A stretch of 60,617 nucleotides of DNA from a virus. The stretch is from IMG/VR virus record IMGVR_UViG_3300045988_140605, one strand, 5' to 3'. This document shows, in pieces, positions 1 through 8,067 of this stretch (the first letter of the stretch is position 1; every line of letters starts with the position of its first letter). A program made the position numbers and the translations under genes. The notes beneath the pieces are model-generated. The model made no database searches. It had not been told where the DNA came from and saw nothing but the letters and a program-made list of their open reading frames with translations.

Positions 1-55
1 GGGATTAGACTCTCAGCTCCAAAATCAGCCAAATTTTGTGCATTATTCACGAAAC
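1..55. repeat. Terminal direct repeat, left copy (identical to 60563-60617)
   Basis: The first 55 nt (gggattagactctcag...cattattcacgaaac) recur exactly as the last 55 nt. The unique unit is 60,562 bp. Confidence 0.97.
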
Positions 56-111
56 ATCAGTCATCCCTTTGCACGTAATGCCACATAAGCCTTTATAATC
101 CAATGGGCGTT

Positions 112-132
112 TGTGGTAAAATCTGTGGTAAA
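112..132. promoter_or_regulatory. Two direct TGTGGTAAA 9-mers; candidate arm-type integrase sites of attP
   Basis: TGTGGTAAA occurs at 112-120 and 124-132, just 3' of the int stop (135-137). The same tandem pair recurs at 60468-60487. Confidence 0.4.
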
Positions 133-134
133 AC

Positions 135-1397
135 TCAGAAGAGATCCGTAATCGCTTCCAGACGGGCGAAGCTGGCCTTCTTTCTGTCGGTGTTGGATTC
201 GTTATACACGTCCATTGTCGTGGAAATATCCGCATGTCCCATGATCTCCTGAATCAGCTTCAAATCGCGTTCACGTTCACAGAGACGTGTGCAGAATGTG
301 TGACGCAACTGATGTACGCTGAAATGAGGAAGAATGACCGCATCGCGATTCTCAACCAGAGCTATTCGCCGTTCGCATTGATTGTAATCATCAACGATTC
401 TGGCGATGGCACGATTCACACAATGAGGACTGAGCACGTTTCCAAAACGATTCTGCCAAATGAATCCGCAGTAGCCATCTACGACATCCTGACAAAATCC
501 ATCTTCCTGCTGCCGCAAATACTCATTTTGAAGTTCGCGGCGAACATTCTGGAACATCGGGATTACCCGGATACCTTTGCGGGTCTTCGGTGTGGTGATG
601 TGGAATTCCACCTTACCGTTATCCTGTAGACGATAGATCAGATTGTGATTGATGGAAATGATGTTCTCCTTCCAGAGCACATCCTCCCATCTGAGTCCCA
701 ACATTTCTCCAATTCGACACCCTGTTCCAAGAAGACACGCAAACAACGGGTTCCAATGACGATACTTATCGCTGGTTTCCACATAAGCCATAAAGGCTCG
801 CTGCTGTTCTTCCGTCAGCGCATGGCGCTTTGGCTTTTCCCAGTCGTTAGACCGCTTGAGATCGGCCATGATGCCATCCGTTGGATTCATGCGAATCAAT
901 CCATCGCGCATGGCAATGGTGAACACGGGATGTAAAATGGTGTGAACTATCTCCACACTGTTTGGTTTGAATCCGCAATCATGTAGCAGGTGATTGAAGA
1001 ACTTCTTCATGGTGCTGTAGTTGATGGTCGTTACCTCAAGATGCCCAATCTCTTCCCGCACATACTTATCGTACATATAACGATAATTCGTGCGCGTTGA
1101 CTGCTTCAGCTCCGGTTTGTTGGCAATGTAATCATCCCACCGGGCATTCAGCGCAACCTTTTGCTGCGTCAGTAGACCATCTTGGACATCCCGAAGAATA
1201 TCCCGCTCCATTTCTCTGAGGCTGAGGCATTCGCGTTTACCTTCCGGAATTGGATCGGTCGTGGTAAGCCGCCATGAATAAATGCTTCTTCTTTCGCTTT
1301 TCGCATCGTAATAGCGAAATTCATACCTTCCATCAGCCTTCTGGATCTCTCCGTCTCTGAGAATCCGGCCTTTTGTGTCTTTTCTCTTGGTTGACAT
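135..1397 (-). CDS. int: Tyrosine recombinase (phage integrase)
   Basis: The ORF is 135-1451. The best start is ATG 1397 (MSTKRKD), preceded by AAGGAGG. The C-terminus carries HQLRHTFCTRL and GHADISTTMDVY, matching the R-H-R-Y catalytic signature. Confidence 0.9.
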   Translation of the reverse strand: MSTKRKDTKGRILRDGEIQKADGRYEFRYYDAKSERRSIYSWRLTTTDPIPEGKRECLSLREMERDILRDVQDGLLTQQKVALNARWDDYIANKPELKQSTRTNYRYMYDKYVREEIGHLEVTTINYSTMKKFFNHLLHDCGFKPNSVEIVHTILHPVFTIAMRDGLIRMNPTDGIMADLKRSNDWEKPKRHALTEEQQRAFMAYVETSDKYRHWNPLFACLLGTGCRIGEMLGLRWEDVLWKENIISINHNLIYRLQDNGKVEFHITTPKTRKGIRVIPMFQNVRRELQNEYLRQQEDGFCQDVVDGYCGFIWQNRFGNVLSPHCVNRAIARIVDDYNQCERRIALVENRDAVILPHFSVHQLRHTFCTRLCERERDLKLIQEIMGHADISTTMDVYNESNTDRKKASFARLEAITDLF

Positions 1398-1499
1398 GGA
1401 CGCCTCCTTATCCCGAGCCGCCACGTTGCCAAGATACTCTCTGACAAACATAGTATACCATAGTTTATCTGAATTCTCAACACCCGTGGCGAGATTTTC

Positions 1500-1700
1500 T
1501 TATAACACATTAACAGAATCAATGAACTTCTCAAACCGTGCGCGCTTAATCAGCGCATGGGTCTGGTTCCAGAGCACCCAATCGGCGTTTTTATGTTCCG
1601 AGACAAGTTTGCGCAATCGGTTTACGCCGATGTGAAAATATAAAGCCGCTTCGTCTATCGAGAGAACGTATTTCTGATGAATCGGAACCTGAACATCCAC
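1500..1700 (-). CDS. xis: Excisionase-family HTH DNA-binding protein
   Basis: LSIDEAALYFHIGVNRLRKLV looks like an excisionase-type helix-turn-helix. A GTG at 1700 follows AAGGAGGA. The gene lies directly upstream of int. Confidence 0.6.
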   Translation of the reverse strand: MDVQVPIHQKYVLSIDEAALYFHIGVNRLRKLVSEHKNADWVLWNQTHALIKRARFEKFIDSVNVL

Positions 1701-1720
1701 AGATTTTCCTCCTTTTTTTT

Positions 1721-1765
1721 CAAAAACCAAAAGAGAAAGCGCCCGCCGCGTAGACGAGCGCTTTC
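1721..1765 (-). terminator. Rho-independent terminator after the lysis cassette
   Basis: On the minus strand, GAAAGCGC (1765-1758) pairs with GCGCTTTC (1742-1735), followed by TCTTTTGGTTTTTG. Confidence 0.6.
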
Positions 1766-1783
1766 CCAAGAGGTCAATTCATA

Positions 1784-2002
1784 TCAATCATCATCCAGCG
1801 GGGCATTTTCCTTATTGTACTGCGCGGTGCTGATACCCAGCAGGACGCCAAGGAAGGTATCGACGGCAGTGATCGTGCCGACCACCTCTTCACCATAGGG
1901 GAAATTCCAGATTCCCGACAGCGCGAAGTAAAGCGTGCCCAGCGCGGGCAGCAAATATAGCGCAATCCACTTGAGAACGTCGTAGGTCTTGTTACTCAAC
2001 AT
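1784..2002 (-). CDS. Holin (Dp-1/SPP1-like small holin)
   Basis: ATG 2002 follows AAGGAGGA. MLSNKTYDVLKWIALYLLPALGTLYFALSGIWNFPYGEEVVGTITAVDTFLGVLLGIS has two hydrophobic helices and a charged tail. It sits in the lysis cassette. Confidence 0.65.
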   Translation of the reverse strand: MLSNKTYDVLKWIALYLLPALGTLYFALSGIWNFPYGEEVVGTITAVDTFLGVLLGISTAQYNKENAPLDDD

Positions 2003-2015
2003 ACTTGCTTCCTCC

Positions 2016-2339
2016 TTACTCTTCGTAAATGATTTCCAGGCCATAGGCCTTGGCGGCTTCGTGCTCGATGCGGCAACCGCGGGCCTGCTCCCAGCCCTTA
2101 CAGAAATAAGCGGCATGGCAAAGGCTCATGTTTTCCAGAGACTTTGCCAGGAAGCACAGCGGAATCTGCACAACGCCCCGCGCCTCCATGGCTTCCTTGC
2201 CGTACCACTTATCCGTAAACAGCGTGTTGACGATCTCGTAGCCTCGCTCCTGAAGCGCATGAATTGCGCGTTCACGGGCTTCCACGATTTCTTCCTGAGT
2301 CTTGCCGCTCATCGGCTGACTCAACATTGCTTTGAGCAT
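2016..2339 (-). CDS. DUF4406 / nucleoside deoxyribosyltransferase-like protein
   Basis: ATG 2339 has an AGGAGG RBS. The QPMSGKTQEEI N-terminus and CHAAYFCKGWEQARGCRIEHEAAKAYGLEII C-terminus resemble the DUF4406 pattern. Confidence 0.45.
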   Translation of the reverse strand: MLKAMLSQPMSGKTQEEIVEARERAIHALQERGYEIVNTLFTDKWYGKEAMEARGVVQIPLCFLAKSLENMSLCHAAYFCKGWEQARGCRIEHEAAKAYGLEIIYEE

Positions 2340-2362
2340 GGTTGCTCCTCCTTTTTTTCACT

Positions 2363-2665
2363 TTACTGCGAATGAATTGGCAGCTTGTTTACTTCCTGCA
2401 TTATACGTTTAGCGGAGCCGTTTCCGCCCATCTTTTCATAAGGTTGATATAAATACTCGTAGAGGTTTTCATATTCATCACTGGTGATATACCCCCGATC
2501 AACGTAGTGCATCCCCAGAAACAAAATCCGGTCATGGGCAAGCCCCACGAGCATCCGCGTCTTAACGTCCTTCTTTTCGTAGCGCTTGGAAATATACGCC
2601 CAGAAGCCGGAGGACGCAATGACCGCGCAGACGATGGTGAGGACCATCTGAATCCATGAATCCAT
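2363..2665 (-). CDS. Membrane-anchored protein in the lysis cassette (possible holin or lysis accessory)
   Basis: It has an N-terminal TM helix (MVLTIVCAVIASSGFWAYI) and lies directly downstream of the endolysin. Confidence 0.5.
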   Translation of the reverse strand: MDSWIQMVLTIVCAVIASSGFWAYISKRYEKKDVKTRMLVGLAHDRILFLGMHYVDRGYITSDEYENLYEYLYQPYEKMGGNGSAKRIMQEVNKLPIHSQ

Positions 2666-2682
2666 ACTTCTCGCCTTTCTGC

Positions 2683-3498
2683 TTAGCCGCCGGAAACGGC
2701 GGAGTATTTGTTGGATACCCAGACGATCTGCTTCCCATGCCGCCCGGCGTGCCAGCCGTTGGGGGCGTCAGCCACCCATTCCAGCACTTCGCCCTTCTTC
2801 AGGTGTCCCAGACTGGCATACTTGGTGGAATCGCCCACGCGCATGTTCACCGAGTTCGCCGTGATGGTAATTACCTTGCCGTTGGGAATCGTAGGCTCAG
2901 GCTGCATGGGTGTAACAGGCTGGGTTTCGACCTCCGTCCCCCAGTCTGGCCGTCCGTAACCGGCAAGACGATTGTAGGTCAGGCGGTACTTCTTCTTACA
3001 TACGCCGCCACCGTTGGCAATCACACCATTCGCGCCGGAAGTGTTGCCCTCGATAGTGTAAACGTAGCTGCCATCCACGGCATATACCAGTCCTGTATGC
3101 TGCACGGCGGGGCCGCCGATAGCGTCCTTGGGCCAGAAAAAGATCTGATCGCCCGGCTGTGGCGCATCGAACAAACGCCCTTTCTTCTTGTAATAATTCC
3201 GGCTGTAACGGCATCCCGCGCCGCAGTTGCTCTTCCCCAGCGGCTGATTGGTCAGCTTCAGCGCCGCGCTTAACCCATAGGCCTGCACGAAGCACCAGTC
3301 CACAAACACATCACACCAGGCGTAACCGTTCTTCCGACCGTTGTAGAACCCAAGTGCATCGAGGTCTCGCGCATACTTGGTGTAGTTCTTGTTGCCGGCG
3401 TTCGCGGTCTTATCGTCCAGGTTCGACTTGTCGTTCTTCTCCAGATAGCCGATCTCGTTCTCGGCCACCTGAATGACCTGTCTATAGTCATAGCTCAT
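2683..3498 (-). CDS. Endolysin: CHAP peptidase/amidase with C-terminal SH3b wall-binding domain
   Basis: NGYAWCDVFVDW carries the catalytic Cys and HTGLVYAV...TIEGNTS the His, as in CHAP domains. The C-terminal VNMRVGDSTKYASLGHLKKGEVLEW is SH3-like. The start overlaps the RT stop (ATGA). Confidence 0.85.
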   Translation of the reverse strand: MSYDYRQVIQVAENEIGYLEKNDKSNLDDKTANAGNKNYTKYARDLDALGFYNGRKNGYAWCDVFVDWCFVQAYGLSAALKLTNQPLGKSNCGAGCRYSRNYYKKKGRLFDAPQPGDQIFFWPKDAIGGPAVQHTGLVYAVDGSYVYTIEGNTSGANGVIANGGGVCKKKYRLTYNRLAGYGRPDWGTEVETQPVTPMQPEPTIPNGKVITITANSVNMRVGDSTKYASLGHLKKGEVLEWVADAPNGWHAGRHGKQIVWVSNKYSAVSGG

Positions 3499-4604
3499 TC
3501 GGATTCCTCCTTCCGCAGTTCCTTCACATATTGGTCTGTTCTTTGCAGCAGCTTGTAGCTGTCGCCCTTGCTCGCATGATTCTTCCAGGAGTTATAGCAT
3601 TCATCCACCTTTTCGGTGCTTCGCTCGCCCTTACGCTCAAGGGCGGCCAGCTTGGCCATTTTCCTGCGCTCATGCTTGATGTTGGCGGAATTCAGGGTCA
3701 TAACCACCTTGCCGGCCTCTGTCAACCGGTAGTGAAAACCCAGAAACAGAATTCCGTCGGATAGGGGGATAATGCCGGTTTTCTTGATGTTGAACTGACA
3801 TTCGAGGGCTCGAAGCCTTTGCGCAATGTGCGCCTTGCATTCAAGCAGATACTCCGCATCCTCATGGATCAGGATGAAATCGTCCATGTACCGGATGTAA
3901 AACTCGATGTGCAGCTCTTCCTTGATGAAATGGTCGAGCGCGTTCAGGATACCGATTCCGGCAATCTGAATCATCTGGCTTCCCGGATTGTAGCCGATCT
4001 CACGATCATACTGGTTGTCCAAAATACAGCAGGCCTGCTGGTAAGTCCAGCCGTCGATCACCTTCTTGAAGCAGTCCTTTACCACCTTGTGCGACATATT
4101 CGGGTAATAGCCCTTGATGTCGCATTTCAGCACATATCCCGCCGTGCCGTGCTTTCTGTAAAACCTTTGCAGAAAGTTCTTCAGCCTCTCCCTCGCTTTA
4201 TCCGGTCCCTTCCCTTTTTGGCAGGCCATGTTGTCGTAGATGAAGCTGCGGCTGATCTTGGGGTAGAGAATATTGTCATTCAGGCTTCTTTGGAAAACGC
4301 GATCCCGAAAATGTACGCTCACAATGTCGCGCTCCTTGGGGTAGTAAACCTTAAATTTTCGGGTCTTTTTCTGCTTGTATTTTCCATTTTGAAGCTGACG
4401 GGCAAGAATCAGATTCTCCTCAATATTGTTGAGAAAGTAATGCGCCGGGGTATCTTTCCATAAAACGCCCTTGACGCATTTCATCATCGATTCGTGCAGT
4501 GCTTCATAGCCTGCAACTTTTTGAAAATCTCCGGGGTGCTTAGACCGATCATCACCCTCAGGCGATGCGGCCATCCCCTTCGTATTGTTTCGCGTGTTCT
4601 TCAC
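3495..4604 (-). CDS. DGR reverse transcriptase
   Basis: The active site is YIRYMDDFILIH (YMDD). The motif-4 region GYNPGSQMIQ matches the DGR-type (I/L)GxxxSQ signature. The gene is adjacent to TR and Avd. The start (GTG 4604 or ATG 4574) is uncertain. Confidence 0.9.
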   Translation of the reverse strand: MKNTRNNTKGMAASPEGDDRSKHPGDFQKVAGYEALHESMMKCVKGVLWKDTPAHYFLNNIEENLILARQLQNGKYKQKKTRKFKVYYPKERDIVSVHFRDRVFQRSLNDNILYPKISRSFIYDNMACQKGKGPDKARERLKNFLQRFYRKHGTAGYVLKCDIKGYYPNMSHKVVKDCFKKVIDGWTYQQACCILDNQYDREIGYNPGSQMIQIAGIGILNALDHFIKEELHIEFYIRYMDDFILIHEDAEYLLECKAHIAQRLRALECQFNIKKTGIIPLSDGILFLGFHYRLTEAGKVVMTLNSANIKHERRKMAKLAALERKGERSTEKVDECYNSWKNHASKGDSYKLLQRTDQYVKELRKEESE

Positions 4605-4680
4605 GCCTGGTCACTCGGCTCCTTGTGTCAGATTGAAAATGCGCCAAGCCTGCGGCTCAGCCCTGTGATTTTCTAAAGAG

Positions 4681-4803
4681 CACAATCCGGGGAGAAACGA
4701 TTCGCGTTGCTGGCGTTGTTGTTGTTGACATAGCCCGCGGAATTCACATTCCACGTATTATTCGCATTGCCACGATTAGCACTCCGCAAACGCACGTTCT
4801 GCG
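4681..4803 (-). repeat. DGR template repeat (TR)
   Basis: This 123-nt segment matches 5916-6038 at 110 of 123 positions. All 13 mismatches fall where TR has plus-strand T, which is A on the transcribed strand. The coding-strand run AACAACAACAAC is typical of DGR TRs. Confidence 0.9.
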
Positions 4804-4839
4804 CTCAGCCTACAGCCAGTATGTCAATAGAGTAGCATG

Positions 4840-5265
4840 TCACCTGAGCATGAAGCGATTGGCGTCATCATCGATCCAGCCGCATACACGGTTTTTTACA
4901 TTCACCACCATCTGCCCCCAGTATGCCACGCGGCGGGAACTCAAATGGAAAATGCGATGCGCCAGATCAATCAAATAAAGAAGGCGCTTGCAGTTACGCA
5001 GCGCCTGTCTTTGCAGATTGCTCCGTTCGCGGTAATCGCCCAGCTGAAACGGCGTTCCAACCCGGACGTTCACGTCATTCGCTTCACGGATCCCCAGATA
5101 GATGTTCTTCGCCGTCTCGACGATGTCATCCGTTACCTGTTTCCTGTATTCGGGAAGGAAGACCTTTTCGTTTGCCGTAATCTCGATGGTGTATCGAGCC
5201 AGGCTCTCTGCCTTAATCAGCAGCGAAAACTTTCCTTCCTCTCTTTCACCGACGGGTACGGACAT
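4840..5265 (-). CDS. avd: Avd-like DGR accessory protein (four-helix-bundle type)
   Basis: ATG 5265 overlaps the upstream stop (TAATG). The protein is 141 aa, helical and basic, and lies between the target and TR/RT as in many DGRs. Confidence 0.7.
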   Translation of the reverse strand: MSVPVGEREEGKFSLLIKAESLARYTIEITANEKVFLPEYRKQVTDDIVETAKNIYLGIREANDVNVRVGTPFQLGDYRERSNLQRQALRNCKRLLYLIDLAHRIFHLSSRRVAYWGQMVVNVKNRVCGWIDDDANRFMLR

Positions 5266-5744
5266 TAGTCCTCTGCCTCCGTCCAGCCATAGGCTCCGGG
5301 CTCCCACACGTTATTATCCACGTCGGACACCCAATGCTTGCCGTTATGGCTGCACTTTGCGCCCTTTTCGTAAGCGTCATGAGCGCCGATAGGCTGAGAC
5401 CATGCGGGCCACTCTTCCGCCGGATCGGCGGTCAGCGCCCAGAGAGACGCAGCAGCAGGCGGCGTCCAATCGTCCTGCGACGTGTGCGCCTGCACGCAGC
5501 GATAGAGCTTCCGCTGCTCGCCTTCACCATGAGTGCGCAGGTCGCCCTGCTTATAGGCGATGCCGCTCTGCCAGGGCGCAAACACGTCGATGTTTTCCAT
5601 GGCCGTGGTATCGTCGATATCGCCCTTTTCGGCCATAACCACAAAGGCGATGTTCGCCGTCTTTTTCAGCGCTTCCGTTTCCATTCTGGCAACTTCCAGC
5701 GCCTGCTTTTCAGCGAGATTCATAGTGTTCTTCACATATTCCAT
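5265..5744 (-). CDS. Protein with two CBM5/12-like carbohydrate-binding repeats
   Basis: YKQGDLRTHGEGEQRKLYRCVQAHTSQDDWTPPAAASLW and YEKGAKCSHNGKHWVSDVDNNVWEPGAYGW fit the aromatic Y..G....W.P..W pattern. The RBS is GAAGGAGGG. Confidence 0.5.
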   Translation of the reverse strand: MEYVKNTMNLAEKQALEVARMETEALKKTANIAFVVMAEKGDIDDTTAMENIDVFAPWQSGIAYKQGDLRTHGEGEQRKLYRCVQAHTSQDDWTPPAAASLWALTADPAEEWPAWSQPIGAHDAYEKGAKCSHNGKHWVSDVDNNVWEPGAYGWTEAED

Positions 5745-5858
5745 GGCTTTTCCCTCCTTCTATTGCACGCACGCTCTGCGCTTCGCTGGCGCGCGCTTTC
5801 TTGCTTTTTAATCACTGATTTTTAGTGCGTCGTAAACCATGTTTGCTCCTCATAATTT

Positions 5859-5893
5859 CCGGGCGGAGCCTTTCAGGCGGGCGTTCCGCCCGG
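5859..5893 (-). promoter_or_regulatory. GC-rich hairpin just 3' of the VR (candidate DGR target-recognition element)
   Basis: CCGGGCGGA (5859-5867) is complementary to TCCGCCCGG (5885-5893), giving a 9-bp stem. It starts 12 nt after the target stop codon. No U-tract follows. Confidence 0.5.
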
Positions 5894-5904
5894 ATGGGGA
5901 GCGA

Positions 5905-7155
5905 TTAGCAGATGACACAAGCCGGGGAGAAACGACTCGCGTTGCTGGCGTAGTAGCTGCCGACATAGCCCGCGGAAATCACACCCCACGTATTATACGC
6001 ATTGCCACGACTAGCACTCCGCAAACGCACGTACTGCGGAGAATTTGCGTTCAGCGCCGGAATCTTGAAGCCCTCGAATTTATTGGAATCGTACCAGCCG
6101 ACGGGGCCGGTCACGCCGAGGCGCTTACGCCAATACGGCCAGTAGCTGCCTTCCACGTTCGCCAGTTGCGGATTAGCGTTCATCTGCTCAAGCGACGGCA
6201 GGAAGAACGTATCGTAGGTGTCCTCCGTGGTTGCGGAGAGACCTTCTACCGTATTCAGCGCAGTCGTCACCTTGACTGGTTTGATGGCGGCAAGGAAGTC
6301 GTCCGAGAAGCCGGACATAAAGCCTTTCTTGTTATACTGATCCGGGCGAATGTCGAAATCCTCCTGGCTCGTCCACCAGTTGTTGCCAGCGGCGTTCAGG
6401 TATTGGCGAATTGCCGAGGTTTCCCAGCGGTTATGGCCGTAGCCCGCGCACTGCATGGAATTCAGTCCGTCATCGCCAACAGAGGCAAGCTGCATTGTGC
6501 CGAGACTGGTTCCATCGCTGCCAGAAGTCACGTCAACCGTCTCAATGGGGCTGGCCGCATCGGGCGTTGCCCAGCTCTTTACCTTAAATGCGGTGGTCGC
6601 CACATCCGGCAGGCTCTCAAAACCGCTCAGACGACCACCTGCTGGTACAGCCTGCGTCAGGGTGAACTGCCAGGTTGTGCCTGCGTCCGCACCCTTGCTG
6701 CCCCACTTCGCGCCGAAGGTGACATAGTAGGTTCCAGCAGCCAGACCGTCCGGGCAGTTCATGAACGCCTGCTGATGGCTGAACTGCACGCCGTAGGCGG
6801 AGCACAGATGCATCTGGAGCCACAGACCCGGCACCTCGCTGCCGTCCTTCAGCGTCACCATGCCGTAGTTCACAATGTTCCATGCCACCTGATAGGCGGT
6901 TTCGTCCGTGTTATGGGCGCTGTCGTCCATGTCCTTCCACGGCACGATGAGCTGATCGCCGATCGGGAACAGCCGGGGCAGCTCATCCAGGCTGCTGGTG
7001 CGCACCAGATGGGCAATCTGTGCCATGGAGCTGTAGATTTCGCTGCGCTTTCCTTCCGCCAGCATGGCCAGATAACCATTTTGACGATCCAGCGCATCTT
7101 TGATCAACATGCCCGTTTCGTTGAGCATGATGGGATCATTGGTGATGGTACTCAT
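5905..7155 (-). CDS. DGR variable (target) protein, putative receptor-binding tail-fibre-region protein
   Basis: ATG 7155 (MSTITNDP) lies 7 nt after the upstream stop. The VR encodes the C-terminal ~40 aa (...RGNAYNTWGVISAGYVGSYYASNASRFSPACVIC). It sits at the distal end of the fibre gene block. Confidence 0.85.
   Translation of the reverse strand: MSTITNDPIMLNETGMLIKDALDRQNGYLAMLAEGKRSEIYSSMAQIAHLVRTSSLDELPRLFPIGDQLIVPWKDMDDSAHNTDETAYQVAWNIVNYGMVTLKDGSEVPGLWLQMHLCSAYGVQFSHQQAFMNCPDGLAAGTYYVTFGAKWGSKGADAGTTWQFTLTQAVPAGGRLSGFESLPDVATTAFKVKSWATPDAASPIETVDVTSGSDGTSLGTMQLASVGDDGLNSMQCAGYGHNRWETSAIRQYLNAAGNNWWTSQEDFDIRPDQYNKKGFMSGFSDDFLAAIKPVKVTTALNTVEGLSATTEDTYDTFFLPSLEQMNANPQLANVEGSYWPYWRKRLGVTGPVGWYDSNKFEGFKIPALNANSPQYVRLRSASRGNAYNTWGVISAGYVGSYYASNASRFSPACVIC
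5916..6038 (-). repeat. DGR variable repeat (VR)
   Basis: This is the counterpart of TR 4681-4803, offset by 1235 nt. It lies in frame at the 3' end of the target gene. Substitutions occur only at TR adenine positions. Confidence 0.9.
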
Positions 7156-7162
7156 ATCAGTA

Positions 7163-7366
7163 TCACTCCTTTTCAACTTTCACGCAAATTTTTCCGTCCT
7201 GGAGCGTGAGGCCCAGCGCCTGAAACAGAGCGATCTGCGCCGCGGAATCCTCCACGGATTGGGCAGCCGCCTCGGCGCGGTTGGCTGCGGCGGTCGCGTC
7301 GCCCACGGCAGTGTTCGGAATCGATTTCGCAATGGCGATAGCTGCGCCAAGAGTTGCTGCATCCAT
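7163..7366 (-). CDS. Short Ala-rich fibre-module protein (C-terminal LGL..DGKICVKV motif)
   Basis: ATG 7366 follows GGAGGAG. The C-terminus ALGLTLQDGKICVKVEKE is shared with the two upstream fibre genes. Confidence 0.55.
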   Translation of the reverse strand: MDAATLGAAIAIAKSIPNTAVGDATAAANRAEAAAQSVEDSAAQIALFQALGLTLQDGKICVKVEKE

Positions 7367-7380
7367 CGGTTCACTCCTCC

Positions 7381-7623
7381 TTACGTCAAAGAAACCCAAG
7401 AGCCGTCTACGCCCAGCTGCCACATTTTCTTGAAACCGGCAGTATAAGCGATGGTTCCTGGGTGATAGTGCTCGTTGAGCAGGGAAAGGTCATTTTCCGA
7501 TCCCACCAGAACGGAGGGAGCGTTTGCGCCTTGATGGAGCCTTCCATCCTGTACATAATCCACTTCGCCGCTGGTCTGCTGACGGCCGACAAAGTGAAGC
7601 GGATGCTCGGGAACTGTAATCAT
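7381..7623 (-). CDS. Hypothetical fibre-associated protein
   Basis: The 80-aa ORF has an AAGGAGGAA RBS and lies within the fibre block. Confidence 0.5.
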   Translation of the reverse strand: MITVPEHPLHFVGRQQTSGEVDYVQDGRLHQGANAPSVLVGSENDLSLLNEHYHPGTIAYTAGFKKMWQLGVDGSWVSLT

Positions 7624-7644
7624 ATATCGTTTCCTCCTTTTTCA

Positions 7645-8067
7645 TCAGGATCGTTCCACGCGGACACAGAGCTTTCCATTCTGAACGGATAACCCAAGGC
7701 TATCCAGCGTGCTTTGCAGCTGTCCGGGCAGCGCTGCCGCCGCGTCGTTCGCGGTAATCGCCGCATTATTCGCAGCGGTCGCTTTTGCAGAGGCGTTGGA
7801 AGCGGCGTTATTAGCGGCGGTGGACGCGCTGTTGCAGTTGGCGATGGCAGCGTTGGTCTGTGTGGTCATGTTTTCAATGGCGTCGTCCGCGCTGGCCCTT
7901 GCCTGCTCTGCGGCGGTGTTCGCATTGGCAGCTGCTTTATCCGCAAGCGTTTTTCCGCTGATCACATCATCGTAGCACTGGGAGATGGCGTCATGGATAG
8001 ATTGCCGCACATCTTTTCCATATACGGCCTTGAGGATCTGTCCGAGAAGCGTCGAAATATTAGCCAT
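7645..8067 (-). CDS. Ala/Asn-rich fibre protein paralog (140 aa)
   Basis: Its N-terminus AVYGKDVRQSIHDAISQCYDDV and C-terminus LGLSVQNGKLCVRVERS are both shared with the 8060-9307 product. Confidence 0.6.
   Translation of the reverse strand: MANISTLLGQILKAVYGKDVRQSIHDAISQCYDDVISGKTLADKAAANANTAAEQARASADDAIENMTTQTNAAIANCNSASTAANNAASNASAKATAANNAAITANDAAAALPGQLQSTLDSLGLSVQNGKLCVRVERS

Noticed and set aside
5839-7209. 456-aa plus-strand ORF
   Set aside because: It is antisense to the DGR target gene. The minus-strand ORF has the RBS, the in-frame VR and operon continuity. The plus-strand product is Arg/Ala/Gly-rich, as expected for antisense of GC-rich coding DNA.
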